Origin: Callorhinchus milii
Taxonomy: Eukaryota
Direction of reading: 5' to 3'
Assembly: GCF_018977255.1 (NCBI RefSeq)
Contig: NW_024704743.1
Coordinates: forward strand, 114,144,001-114,208,000
DNA length: 64,000 nt
In this document: piece after piece, positions 37,240 through 49,550 of the stretch
How the letters are laid out: each line of letters begins with the position of its first letter
Numbering within the stretch: the stretch's first letter is position 1
Made by a program: the position numbers and the translations under genes
Notes under the pieces: generated by a model
Seen by the model: only the letters and a program-made list of their open reading frames with translations
What the model was told of the DNA's origin: nothing
The model's database searches: none

Positions 37240-37842
37240 CTATCCTCCTTGTGGGGGGAGGTAAGTGGGGTCTCCTTGGAGCTAACTTGGCTCCAAGGTC
37301 ATATGCCTGGCAATGGAATGTCAGAATCAAGCCAGACCTCTGTGGCGGTCTCAGTATTCAGGTTCCAGAGCCAGGTGGGTCCGCAGTACTTTAGGGCACA
37401 GCTAGCCAGGCTCATTGGCAGAAACTGGAAGGGCAGACCAGTTACTGGGGGCAGGGAGTCATCCCACTCAGCTCCTGTTAACCCTGCAAGCCAAAAACCT
37501 ATTGGGAAGGATGGTCCTAGCTGGACAAACAGCGGGAAAGCTTGCCAGACAACAATATCAATGGCAAGCTATGCAGTTTTAGCTGGTTAGACTCCAGCAG
37601 TATTCCAATGCACACTCTGGGGTCCCCAAGCCTTGGCTCTTGCCAATTTGCGCCTAATACTTTTTGTAATTAGGTAAGCAGGATGCGTTCCTCCAGGGAG
37701 AGTGTGCATTCCATTCCAACAATCTATCTCTGGGATTTCCATGTGTAGGTGGGATGCATAGAATTCTCATTTGGTTTGGATACTCTTAAGCATAGTGATG
37801 AGTTACCGCATGTGTCAAGACACCTGGCTGACCAAAAAAAAA
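37240..37842 (+). repeat. Unclassified interspersed repeat family U1, longest copy with an A-rich end
   Basis: Matches 28985-29325 (+), 46060-46400 (-), 44300-44450 (-), 41625-41835 (-) and 38860-38935 (+). Confidence 0.72.
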
Positions 37843-38226
37843 CATTTGGGCAGCCAACATCAAAGTACAAGTTGTTAGCGGTGGATTACAACCAGTTCTG
37901 TAATAGCACCAACTTACCCAAAGCCAAATGAGCAACCATGACTGGAACTCTTTGAATACGATGACAGAAAAATAATGTGAGATGCCCCCACTTCAAAGGA
38001 GGCTAATCAACCTGAAGGAGACGGTTCTGTTGATGGAGACGAGAGGTCACCTCATGCCTTGCAGCTTGTAATGTGTTTTAGGCACTAGATTTTGTATCGC
38101 CTGTGCTTTCCAAACTTTCTTGAGTCAATGTTAGGGATAGCATTACGGTTCAGCAGCACTGAGCAGTACACTTACCATCCTGTTCGCGTGACCAAATAAT
38201 GAATCTACCTAAATGTGCACACTCAC

Positions 38227-38356
38227 CTGTCCGGGCTGTTCGCAGGCAGTCTGGTACTTTGCCTGTTGACACACTTCCTTCACCCTTTCATATTTTGGTA
38301 GGTAGTTGGTTTGTTGGGCATCACCATTTCCATCTTCTTTCTTACGAAGTAATTTG
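38227..38356 (-). CDS. SULF1: SULF1 coding exon (KLLRKKEDG...[25 protein letters not shown])
   Basis: tttccag|C AAA...GGA CAG|gtgagt; 130 nt. Confidence 0.95.
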
Positions 38357-39796
38357 CTGGAAAGAAACACAATTAAGTGTTTGGGTAAACTGAGCCAGGA
38401 CCTGAGTTTTATAAGAACAAGAATCCTTCCGTTTGATATTATGTCTTATAGCGTGTCAAAAGGTCTTACAGGATTTCAGAGGATGTACTGTGAAGTGCAG
38501 GGACAACAGTTAGTCTGTGGGTAAACGTGGCAACCAATTTCGCACGAGCAATGTACCACAATCAGCTGTGAGTTGATTGATCAATTTCATCTGAGGGGAT
38601 TGTTGACCAGGGCTCCGGGAGAATCTCCCTTGTTTTGAATAGTGCCAAGGCATCTTTTATCTGCCTGAACAAGCAACTCAGTTTTAACGTCTCATCTAAT
38701 GACCTTAAGTTTGACAATGTAAGTGCCCCTCTAGCCTAGATTAGGAGCTGAAAGTTGTTTTCTTTCTACTTACTCTAAGAAGACATTGAAATGCAGCTTG
38801 CTTTCAGGTAATAACTGATAATGGTTTCGGAGGCTTGATCAAAAGTCCTACTCAACATGTGTTAACCCTGTAAGGCAAAGCCCTAACAGGTGTGGTGATT
38901 CTAGCTGGACAAGCTCTGGCAGATTGCCACTGCTCTCAATGTGTGGTGTTAGTTTGATGCCGGGAGGTGTTATATCAAATGCAAGAACTCTTGTGTATTA
39001 TTAAATGCAGTGACTATGTATTTTGTAGGCGAACGCAGCAGCCAATTTGCTTACAGCAACGTGGCACAAACAGCCATGAAGTGAATGACCAATTTTATCT
39101 GGGGCTTTGTTGGCAGGACACCGGGAGAAATTCCCTTGTTTTTTCAAATAGGAGTAGGGCTCATGTAGGAGCAGTGTGCTAAATCAGAGAGTGCATGAGA
39201 TAGAGAGAGAAATCCATATCTATTACAGGGGGAGACTGGGGCTTAGTGCTATTTCCTGGGGCTTGATTCTAATCAGTGTTCAGATGTCTTTTAAGATGGC
39301 ATATCTCACTCAGTCTCAAGTTAAGAAAGCTGAATGCTGATTAATATCAAGCCCCAGGCCTTCAGGTGTAGACTTTGATTTGTGAGATCACTAAGATGCT
39401 CGTCTCTGCGGAAGGAATTTAAAAGTTGTAACAGTGTCGACGCTTTCAGGTTCACTACAGGCAAAGCACAGGGGCTTCCTGCCAGCTAACAACTTTTGTC
39501 TCTTACCACCAAATGGCCTTTACGTAAATTAAAGCAAATTCTGAATTGTCACGAAGAAACACAGAGCAGTAGTCATATAAAAATATTGCTGCACTGAAGT
39601 CATTAAACTAAGTAGTTACTACACTTAATGATAATCCACTCTGAAGTGCTTTGACACGTTTTGATGTGATAAAGCGCCTCATCAAATGTAAGAAATATTA
39701 TTATCATAACCATTCTAGAGTCTCCTCGCAGATCATGTTTCACCACAGCAGTGATGAAAGGAACTGTGGTGGTGGAAATCTGAAATAAATCCATAA

Positions 39797-40170
39797 TTAT
39801 AATAATAATCCTTGCATTTGTTATAAGACCTCCCCCATCTAAAGCACTTCAATGAATTTACTGTAAACAAGTAGATGAACATAGCAGCACAGCAGCCATT
39901 AAAAAAATGACCAATTTTATTTGGACACCAGGAGAAACTCCCTCCACTTTTCGAATAGTGCACTGGGATCTTTAACATCCACCTGAACAGGCAGACAGGA
40001 CCTCGGTTTTACATCTCATCCAAAGTGCGACACCCCCAATATTCCAGCACATCAGCATTCCAGCATTGCACTGCAGTGTCAGCCTAGACTATGTGAGCTC
40101 AAACTCCCAATGGGGGGGCCTGAACCCACAACCTTCTGACTCAGAGGTGACAGTGCTAAAGCCGACACCT
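39797..40170 (-). mobile_element. SINE family B copy
   Basis: ctctgagtcagaaggttgtgggttcagg head; gttcaggtggatgttaaagatccc body. Confidence 0.8.
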
Positions 40171-40556
40171 GTTACACTTGGACAGTGACATTTCCTTAAA
40201 AGACAATAGGGAAAATTGTATTTAGGGAGAGTTCAAAATTCATTGGGGCCGCCTTGTATTTTACCACAAAATATTATAACATCCAGCTCGGGTACCCAAC
40301 CAGTACTGTTAACTCTTTGAGACTTCCTCCTGACATGAAAAGCGTACTATATAATGTAATTATGTATTCTATTGTAAATGCGTATGGAAGTATATAAGGT
40401 TTGCTACTGTTGGGAGAGTTATACTTTGTGTAGATGTTTAAGCTACTGATGTTACATTTGGGATTCAGAAGTACTGAACATTTGCTTCTGAGTTTGTATT
40501 ATTTGGGGAAGGGAGGATGAATGTAAAGTACGAGTTGCTAATCCATCGTAACTTAC

Positions 40557-40613
40557 CCTCTCTCCACCAGGAACGTATCACGCCAAAGTTTGGGCCTTTT
40601 ATTTGAGCGGAAT
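40557..40613 (-). CDS. SULF1: SULF1 coding exon (FRSNKRPKLWRDTFLVERG)
   Basis: tttcag|A TTC...AGA GG|gtaagt; 57 nt. Confidence 0.94.
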
Positions 40614-41322
40614 CTGAAAGAAATTTTTTTTATATAGATAATGACTGGACTCTGGGACACAATGTGGATAAGATATCTTACAGAACTTTACTACTAAGAG
40701 GTGGAAATGAAAGGGCGGTCTATACTGGAGGATACCATGGTGGTTGGAAAGAGCAGATGAGAAGATGTCAAGTATTAGTGGATCACCAATACTGACACTG
40801 GGTCTTATTAGTTTGTAAAAAGTGGGACTGATGGAAGAGATTCTTCTTCTCTTCCTTTTTGTTTTGATCAGACGGGTGTCTGACATGCGGACATGCGTCA
40901 CCAACCTTAGGGGTATCCAAACTAGACTGAGAGTTCCACATACGTATGTCAAATTTCCAAGTGTAGGTGGCATGCATTTGCGTAATTGTCAGTCTGTTTA
41001 ACAATAATAATCCTTGCATTTGATACAGTGCCTTATCACATCTTCTAGACGCCTCAAAGTACTTCACAGAATATACTGTAAAGTGAATTGACTGTATGTT
41101 TTGTGGGCAAAACACAGCAGTCAATTGCGTCTTGTTTGGATACTCCTAAATGTGATGATGGGGTCCCCACATGTCAGTCACCCGATTGACCAAGAAAAAG
41201 GAGGGATAGAATGAAATAGGAGTTTCTAAACTTTCACATTTCACCAAATTCCTTTAAAGAAAGGCTTTCCCACATTTTGCAGTGTGGGTGTAAGTGTTAG
41301 GACTCAAGAGGCTTAGACCGAC

Positions 41323-41451
41323 CTGTTTCCTGGTTTCTCAGCTTCTAGCAGTTTCAGGATGGACTTGCCATCCATATCAGGCGGGATGTCGAGGCCTGCA
41401 ATATCCAAGATAGTGGGAGCAAGGTCGATATTCAGAACAAGCTGAGGGATG
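41323..41451 (-). CDS. SULF1: SULF1 coding exon ([42 protein letters not shown])
   Basis: ttccacag|C ATC...AAC AG|gtcggt; 129 nt. Confidence 0.95.
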
Positions 41452-41939
41452 CTGTGGAAACAAGCAAAGCACCATTACAGGGAGACAGCAAATTCAACAT
41501 TGCCTCTGTCCTAACCAGAGTGTACCTCAGCACCACACTGATGAAAACAATAGAATACAATTAGTTACCTCAACAAAATGCCCAGCTAGATCTGGTAAAA
41601 TGAAACTCGAGTTGCAGGCTGTTATTTTTTCTTTGGTCAGCCAAGTGCCTGGATATGTGGATACCCATCGCCATGCTTCAGAGTATCCAAACTAGACTGA
41701 GAGTCACACATATGTATGCCACCCACACATGAAATATTCCCTGTGTCTGGATTGGAATACACACTCTCTCCTAGGGAATGTACACCCTGCTTACCTCATA
41801 CTGGACTCTATTGGGTGCAGGTTGGCAACAGCCAAGGGAGGGAGGGAGGGAGGGAGGGAGCGAGGGACAAAAGGGTTAAAGTAGTCGAGTTGAAGGCTAA
41901 AAATGTGAAAATCAGATACACCGCAGCATAAACAGCCAT

Positions 41940-42077
41940 GAGGGAGAAATTCCACCTGGGTTTAGATTTACTCTCAAGAACGGTTCTCTGCTAGTCTTAA
42001 AAGTTTGCCATATTCTGCACGCTGTGAAAGACTAATTAAACAGAGTAAATCCAGAGCAAGGTGGAATTTCTACCTCC
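41940..42077. mobile_element. MITE-like element, short copy
   Basis: agggagaaattccacctgggtttagatttactct ... agagtaaatccagagcaaggtggaatttctacct. Confidence 0.78.
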
Positions 42078-43349
42078 ATGTTCCTGGGATGAATTGCTTC
42101 CTCCTGCTCTCACACATTTAACATTAACGTTGCTTGGAGAACATAAATGGCCACATGTCAAAGAGCAAAAAAACAAAGCACTGAGAAGCTCAGGAACACT
42201 GCAGGTGGATGAGGCTTTTGTGGCTTTACACAAGAGGTTTATTTTCTTTAAAGTTTGTGCCTCTAACATGAACTCCACTTATATAATAGCTCCACATATA
42301 GGGGCCAACCACACACTGATCACTAAATGTAGCAATCTTTACCATCTCTACTTTCAGCCATCAGTGTAAGTTAAAGAAACTCACATTCTTATAGCACTGG
42401 ATCAAATCAAAACATTTGAAAGCTCTTCAAGAGTAATCACTCTCAAGTGTAGTAATTTTTTTTAAAAAGGCAAATGCAGCAGCCATTAGCACCAGCACCG
42501 TCCCACAAAGAACCATCAGGTGAATGACCAACTAACTTATCAGTAGAATTTTTGGCAAGGATATTGGGGAGAAACTACCTTCTTTTTTGAAATAGTGCCA
42601 TGGAAACTTTAATGAACAGGCAGATGGAAACTTGGTTTAACATCTCATCTGAAGGTCGACATCGCCAACAATGCAATGTTTCCCCATGAACCAGTCAGTG
42701 AGCTCAAAATCCCAACATGGATCTTGACAGCCATCTAATAAAGAAGCATCAGATTGAGTTAGATGCCACAGAAAGTGTTTGAAGGTAATTCTTAGTTTAT
42801 CACTGATTGCCAGTACACTTACTGTTGAGGTGCTCCGTGACAGGGAGGGTGAGATCAGGAGACATGGTTTTGTATGGGGTATAGTAATATTTAATACAGC
42901 TTCTTATCACGTCTTTGATAAGAAACTTACAGCCAACTGTCCAGGGCTTTGGGACGTTCTCCCAACGTGAAACGCGCTCTATAAATGGAATCTTGTTGTT
43001 GTTGTTGTTTGAGACATCTCAAAGCGCTTCACAGAATATATTATAAAGTGAATTGACTGTATATTTTGTGGGTGAAACGGTTTGCAGTTTGTATGAGACC
43101 AAAGTTTGGAGGGTGAGGTTGCAGAGCACAGAATGGGGGAAACTGATTTGACTCCCTCCTTTTGTACTCGCTCTACATTCACTGGCTTGGTGTACGCCAG
43201 TGCTGCCAAAACTGGATGGTATTTGGTATGTTGACTATATTGTCCTTGGTTAATTGTGGTGCGTCTTATCTTGTCAATGTTACTTTTGTGTGCCTCTTGG
43301 AGAGAAGCCTCTTGCAGAGTGTCTCGAATAGCGGGAAGTGTTACAATCC

Positions 43350-43563
43350 CTTGGGGAGAAACTCCACCGACATATGTAGCATTTCAGAGCATCCAGAGCT
43401 TGACAAACTCTTAAACACAGCCTTAGTTTGGGAGCCATTTTCCTGTAAGTTTCATTTAAGAAACCACAGAGAACCAGCTTTAGGGTAAGATTGAATTTAA
43501 CAATTCAGCAAATTTTGGACGCTGAAATCTTATGAAAGGCCTGGGTGGGAGTTTCTCTCCAGA
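43350..43563. mobile_element. MITE-like element, degenerate copy
   Basis: ggggagaaactccacc ... gggtgggagtttctctcc; internal tagcatttcagagcatccaga shared with other copies. Confidence 0.65.
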
Positions 43564-43856
43564 GGTCTTGTCGGTCTCGGTCTGTCAGAGCGGTACCTCC
43601 ATTGCTAGGGCTGGCACACAGGCCAGCTTCACCCTGGCGTACTCACAAACAGATGCCAGTAACATGTTTTTATTTGGGGACACATTTCACAGCCAAATGC
43701 ATTACTCCCTGAGATCAGTGTATCAGGAGAAAAGTAAACATCAAACAGCTGCTTGTGGCAAGTGGAAAGCAGCAGTTTAGAGTGTAGTATATACAGCGTA
43801 TTGTGGTACATCAACTGATTTCATTAAACTCGCTAGTTCCAGAATGAATGCCTTAC

Positions 43857-44032
43857 ATTGACCCCGGTTGCACATTTGGTCCACGGACAAAGAAAGGAAC
43901 CCGGATATCAAAGTCATATGGCATCGATTTTCCCTTTACCAGTCCAAATTGCCCAATATGGTAACCGTGGTCTGCTGTGTAGATGACATAGGTGTTGTCC
44001 AGCTCCCCAGACTCTGTCAGCATCTGAAAGAT
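43857..44032 (-). CDS. SULF1: SULF1 coding exon ([52 protein letters not shown]...)
   Basis: cttcag|ATC...TCA AT|gtaagg; 176 nt; sulfatase DHG motif. Confidence 0.96.
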
Positions 44033-44484
44033 CTGAAGCACAATAGGGATTGTTTTGTTTATAAAGCAGGCTTGAAACCAAACCTTTTGAACTAGAGGCA
44101 AAAGTAACACATGCGGAAACCTATTATTTAAACCCTAGTTAAGGGTATTGGTATCAGACTGAGCCTTCTACATATGTATTATAATAATAATAATCTTTGC
44201 ATTTGATATAACACCTTATCACGGCTTCGAGACTTCTGAAAGCACTTCACAGAATATACTGTAAAGCCAACTGACTGTATACTTTGTGGGCGAAATGCCA
44301 CCTATGCATGGAAATTTAATGTGAATTTATCCTGCTTACCTAATCCCGGAGATTATTATGCGCAGGCAAGAGCCATGGCTTGGGGACCCCTGAGTGTGCG
44401 TTGGGGCATTGCTGGAGTTTAATCAGCTAAAACCTCAGCTTTGCACTGGTTAACAGGAACCAAATGGGAAGAAGATATGAATAA

Positions 44485-44915
44485 CAGGGTTAGATGTCTG
44501 TACAACCCAGTGTCAGCCTGAGAGATGACAAGACACTCCATGCATATCTGTGATTTGTATTCTAACGAACGGGTATGTTACATAATGCGTTGTGGAGTGA
44601 GACAATGATCTCCAAAATAACGCAACATATTTTCTGTTCTGCTGGAGTTTTTATTATTTGATTTTAATAGAGATTATAAATCAAGTTAAGAGTCTTGAAT
44701 TTAGCCAACCATATTAGTCACAAGGGAAGGCATCTGAATAAAGAAGTTACATTTACACAGACTGTTGTGTAAAACCAGGACTTAGACATGAAAGGATTAC
44801 TGATAGCGATTTGTCATTAAAGCAGCTTAATCTATAAAAGGAGAGTTAGAGCTTTCCAAGACCATTTCATCTTGTTCATAGTTATTCGAATCAATAAAAA
44901 AAAGGGTTGGAATGA
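44485..44915 (+). repeat. Unclassified interspersed repeat family U2, longest copy
   Basis: Left part matches 49392-49550; right part matches 34833-35160. Confidence 0.85.
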
Positions 44916-45344
44916 TGAGCCAGGCTGGTAGGGCTGGCTTGGAGAATTGTGGACCCACCTGGCTCAAGAACCGGGTTACCAAAGCTATCCCAGAGGGTTA
45001 ATTTTATTCATAGTAGCGCATCTACCTTGGAACCAGCTCAGCCCTTTATAGTTTGTAAAATAACAACCAAAATATTTTCATTAAAATTCCTGCTCAGTAC
45101 TTTCATTATTCTTTACAAAACAGAGGCTTACGTAGACTGTCATTTTTTTTCTTTGTCGTCTCAACAATTTTCTCCTTCACTTGTTTTGCTTCTCCTCCTT
45201 CCCGAAGGCGAGTGACTCATTTTTCCTTCTCCTTGAAGGGTACAGTTCAACACGGACTGGGAGGCATGTGATCCACATGGTAATCATTCATGTGTGAAAC
45301 CTCAACAGTAAAGGTTCAGAGGCAATTTGGTCACAGTAGGTCAC

Positions 45345-45535
45345 CAGGTCACCCATTGACGCAAGTTCCAGCAGGGGTCTCTGGATAGCAGGAACTGTGG
45401 CTGAATTCTCCCCCAATCCCTAGCCAACGGCACTGAGGCCAACAGCAGCACCTCTGGCTGTCGTGACAGAGATTAACTGGCTTAGCAGATATCAGGGACC
45501 ATACCTGGGACCCTCCTGATTTGCGAAGCTTACAC
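45345..45535 (-). mobile_element. SINE-like family C, ancient degenerate copy
   Basis: gagggtcccagg...ttggcctcagtgcc...ctatccagagacccctgctgg; a related copy at 58376-58745 (+) is interrupted by a CR1 tail. Confidence 0.45.
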
Positions 45536-45668
45536 ACAAGTGAACCAACTAACGGAGTGGAGTCACAGTATTTAGCACTTTGCCTGGCCATATTTAAAAA
45601 CCCTATCAGCTAAATGTGTAAATAAAGGAGAAATCCAATAAATAATCTCAATGGTGTGGTCTGCTTAC

Positions 45669-45819
45669 TCTCGCTACAGAGTCATCCACTGACATCAGAG
45701 TCTGCAACCTCTTTCTCTGGAGAATATTGGTGAACTCCATATGGATAGGCCTCATTGCCCCTGTGAACTGCATGATCCAGTGTTTGTCCATGTTTGGAGC
45801 GTAGTTGTAGCTGGGCGTG
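45669..45819 (-). CDS. SULF1: SULF1 coding exon ([17 protein letters not shown]...[10 protein letters not shown])
   Basis: ttacag|C ACG...GCG AGA|gtaagc; 151 nt. Confidence 0.96.
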
Positions 45820-46644
45820 CTGTAAGGAATAACAAAAACAAGAGTCACTTATTTGGCACCATGGTCCTCTTTAGTTATTTGCTGCTTGTACAATTTACAC
45901 TTCACAATTACATAGCACTTTTCACCTTGAGAGGATGTCACAAGGCACTTCACACAGGTACAGAACCTATGTATTCATACCCGTGTCCCAGCCAACAAAC
46001 CTGATAAAATTGGACATTCACTTGGTGGTTGTTTGTGGTCCATTGCAAATACACAATTACTACATGTCACTGTAATATCCTGTGCCATCTCCTATTTTAG
46101 AAATGTCCTTGTGTCTTGGATGGTGTGTCCACTCTCTCTCCGGAGGGATGCACCCTGCTTAGGTAATTCCTGAGAGCAGTCGGCAGGTTGGCAACAGTCA
46201 AGGCTTGGGGACCTCAGAGTGTTCATTCAGGTACTGATGGTGTCTAATTAGGTTAAAAACTGCACAGTTTGCCATTGAGAGCACTGTATGGTAAGTTTTC
46301 CCATTGCTTGTCCAGCAAGGATCTGTTAGGGCTTTGGTTTCCAGGCACAACAGGAGCTGAGTGGGAAGAATCCCTGCTCCTGGCGATAAAAATGACCCAT
46401 AGCTCTCTTCTCCTCAATTTAAAAAAAGAATGGTTTGCCAACCACTTTCAAAAAGTAGTACCCTTTTAAATATTTAAACACAGCAGTGTTGGTAATTTGC
46501 ACAGCAACCACTGACTGCACAAACGACTGCTTAACTTACTGTATTGTATGATTAATGATATACTCAGACAACGACAACAACTTGCATGTATATAGCACCC
46601 TTCACGCGGAGTAACATCTTGGGGCGCTTGGAAGACATGCAGTA

Positions 46645-47595
46645 TAACAACAACAACAAGATTACATTTGTATAGCGTCTTTCACGTTGGGAGGACGTCC
46701 CAAGGCGCTGGACAGAGAACAGCATTTCAGACCTGAGATGGGCTCAGGGGCGGAGAAGGGAGGGGAGGAGAAGGGGGGTGGCTGATGGCATGGTTGAAGA
46801 GGAGAGTCTTGAGGCAGGACTTGAAGGAGGCTAAGGAGGGGTCGAGGCGGAGTGAGTGGGGGATGGAATTCCAGAGGTTGGGAGCAGAGTGGCTGAAGGC
46901 TCTCCTGCCAATGGTGGGGCGGGTGGGTCGGGGGACATGGAGCAGGCCAGAGCCGGCTGAGCAGAGGGAACGGGCGGGTTGGTAGGGGGTTAGGAGGTCG
47001 CAAAGGTAGGGTGGGGCGAGGCCATGGAGGGCTTTGTAGGTGAGGACCAGGATCTTGAACTGGATCCTCTGAAGGATAGGGAGCCAGTGGAGTCAGGCAA
47101 GAGTGGGGGAGATGGGGTCACGGAGTTTGGTGCGGGAGAGGACACGGACTGCAGAGTTCTAGATTATCTGCAGCCTGTGGAGGGAGGAGTTGGGAAGGCC
47201 GACAAGCAGGGCGTTTGCATAGTCGAGCCTGAAGATGAACAAGAGTTTCAGCGGCCTGAGGGGTGAGGTAGTGGGGGAGTTGGGCGATGTTACAGAGGTG
47301 AGGGAAGGCAGAGCGGGTCATGGCTTGGATGTGGGGGAGAAAAGACAGTTGAGAGTCGGACAAGACACCTAGGTTCCTGACTGGCTGGTGAGTTGTAGTG
47401 TGTAACCATGGAGGTTGATGTTGCCAGAGCCTGAGGTGCTGAGGCGATGGCGTGAGCCAATCAGGAGGGCCTCAGTCTTGTTCACATTCAAATGTAGGAA
47501 ATTTGCCCTCATCCAGGACTTGATGTCCAACAGGCAGTCTGTCAGGACAGTAGTGGTCCTTCAGTTGAGGGTGGAGGCAGAAAGACAGAGTTGGC
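46645..47595 (-). mobile_element. L2 LINE 3' portion (about 950 bp)
   Basis: DSQLSFLPHIQAMTRSAFPHLCNIAQL...AAETLVH is an L2 ORF2 motif; tail gggacgtcctcccaacgtgaaagacgctatacaaatgtaatc(ttg)n. Confidence 0.9.
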
Positions 47596-47959
47596 ACCTT
47601 TTACACTCTATACCAAGCACTGAGATTCGGCTCAATGCATTTAACTGAGTTTTAGAATGCAACCAATGGATCAGACACAACACAAAATAAATAGAGCAAC
47701 AAAACGTGATGGTCTGCACCTGGTCACAGCGGACATTTTGTTCTGCTCTTTGCTGGCTGCCAGTTTTACTAATGGAAATGGTAAGAGCATCTCTCTACAG
47801 TTTTTTTTTACAAAATGTTTCTTGTTTCCAAATTTTGTTCAAAATGATTTCAGTATTTTCTCAACACGGCTTACAATGCAGGGATAAAGTTTGCTTATTT
47901 TTAAGTCAGTAAAACAGTAGAATAAGAAGACATGAGTATGTAAAGAGCAATTTCAGGAC

Positions 47960-48240
47960 AGGCATAAGGAAACTTTTCCTTTACCTGGAAGGTATTTAGC
48001 TATTGGAACAGGTTGCCGGTAAGAGTGGTTGAAGCCAGGACACAGGATTCACTTAAAAATAGCTTGATGCAGTGATGGGAGGACGGTAGTATAGGTATTC
48101 AGGAGGGATTAAATCAAACGAGTGAAAAGGGAATATTAGGAGGGGTGGAGGCTCGTGTAGAGTATAAACATCAGTACAGACTAGTTGGGATGAATGGCCT
48201 GTTTGTGTGTTGTAATGTTCTATGTAATTCTATGTAATTG
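47960..48240 (+). mobile_element. CR1 3' end
   Basis: tggaacaggttgccgg...gtggttgaagc; ends gaatggcctgtttgtgtgttgtaatgttctatgtaattctatgtaa. Confidence 0.75.
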
Positions 48241-48304
48241 AAACTGGTTATAATGACCACTGGGTGGCAGCACACCCACTTCCAGGAAATAGACTCCTTT
48301 CGAA

Positions 48305-48691
48305 TTATAATAATAATAATCCTTGCATTTGATACATCTCATCTTCGAGGCGTTTCAAAGCGCCTCACAGATTATACTGTAAAGTGAATTGACTGTATAC
48401 TTTGTGAGCGAAATGCAGCAGCCAATTGGACACAGCTGTATCTCACAAACAGTCGTCGACTTGTGACTTTTGTGACTTTTTAGCGACCAATTTATTATTA
48501 TTTATTTTTTTGGAAGGAATTATTACGCCCGGAAAAGCAATTCGCCAATTGACTAACAACTGGGTTCCTACTTACTGCTAGGTAAACAGAGGTGTGTGCA
48601 GTAGGGAAACTTGGCCAACGTTTCAACCTGACCGGGAATCAAACCCAGGTTCTCTCATTTGCGAGGCAAGTGCTCTAACCACTGAGCTACA
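48305..48691 (-). mobile_element. SINE family A copy
   Basis: Near full-length match to family A. Confidence 0.87.
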
Positions 48692-49391
48692 AGAATTGAA
48701 TTGACATCATGATTTTTTGAGTTTTGAAGGAGGAATATAATCATAAACTATGGCACCCAATAATCCTTGTGTTTGATATGATCTTTCATCCTTCATATAA
48801 CAATAATCTTTGCAATTGATACAACAATACAATTTATATTAAAATAGTGGCTTTCACATCGGGAGGACATCTTGGGAGTACTTATTATATTAATCCTTGA
48901 TATAATAATAATAATAGTCCTTGCATTTGCTATAACGCCTTACCACATCAAAACATCTCAAAGCACTTTCTCAGAGTTTTCACCCATTGGTTATTTAAGC
49001 CTGGTGAAGTTAATTAAATAGCACTTTAAAGAATTACTTACTTTCATGGTGCCTTTAAGATCACACAGTAGAATAATTTGGTACGCCTCAAGTGGTTAGG
49101 AGGAGTGGAGAAATGCAGGGTGGAATGTTTACTGTTTCCACTTTACACAACAAGTATAAGCCTCTGCTTTGGTAACTACTGACTACTGTAATGGGGATCC
49201 ATGAAGCCAAAGTATATTTCCTGATAAAAGGCAAAGGAATTTTAATCCCATTAGCAACCTAATTTGACCAATTTTTACTTGCAGCCTTTAACACATGAAA
49301 AGTTGTCTAATCCATTAATCCTTCCAACACCAGGCTCCCTTCATTCTGTGACATACATAAGCATTTTGTCATGAGCACGGTCTTAAAAAGA

Positions 49392-49550
49392 AGGGTTAGA
49401 TGTCTATACAATCCAGTGTCAGCCTGAGAGACACAGCCACAAGGTCACATACAAGCCCAAAGGTGACAAGACACTCCATGCATATCTGTGATTTGTATTC
49501 TGACGATCGGGTACTTTATATAATGCGATGTGGAGTGAGACAATGATCTA
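49392..49550 (+). repeat. Unclassified repeat family U2, left-end copy
   Basis: agggttagatgtctatacaatccagtgtcagcctgagag...gtggagtgagacaatgatct matches 44485-44610, with about 30 bp of extra sequence. Confidence 0.85.
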
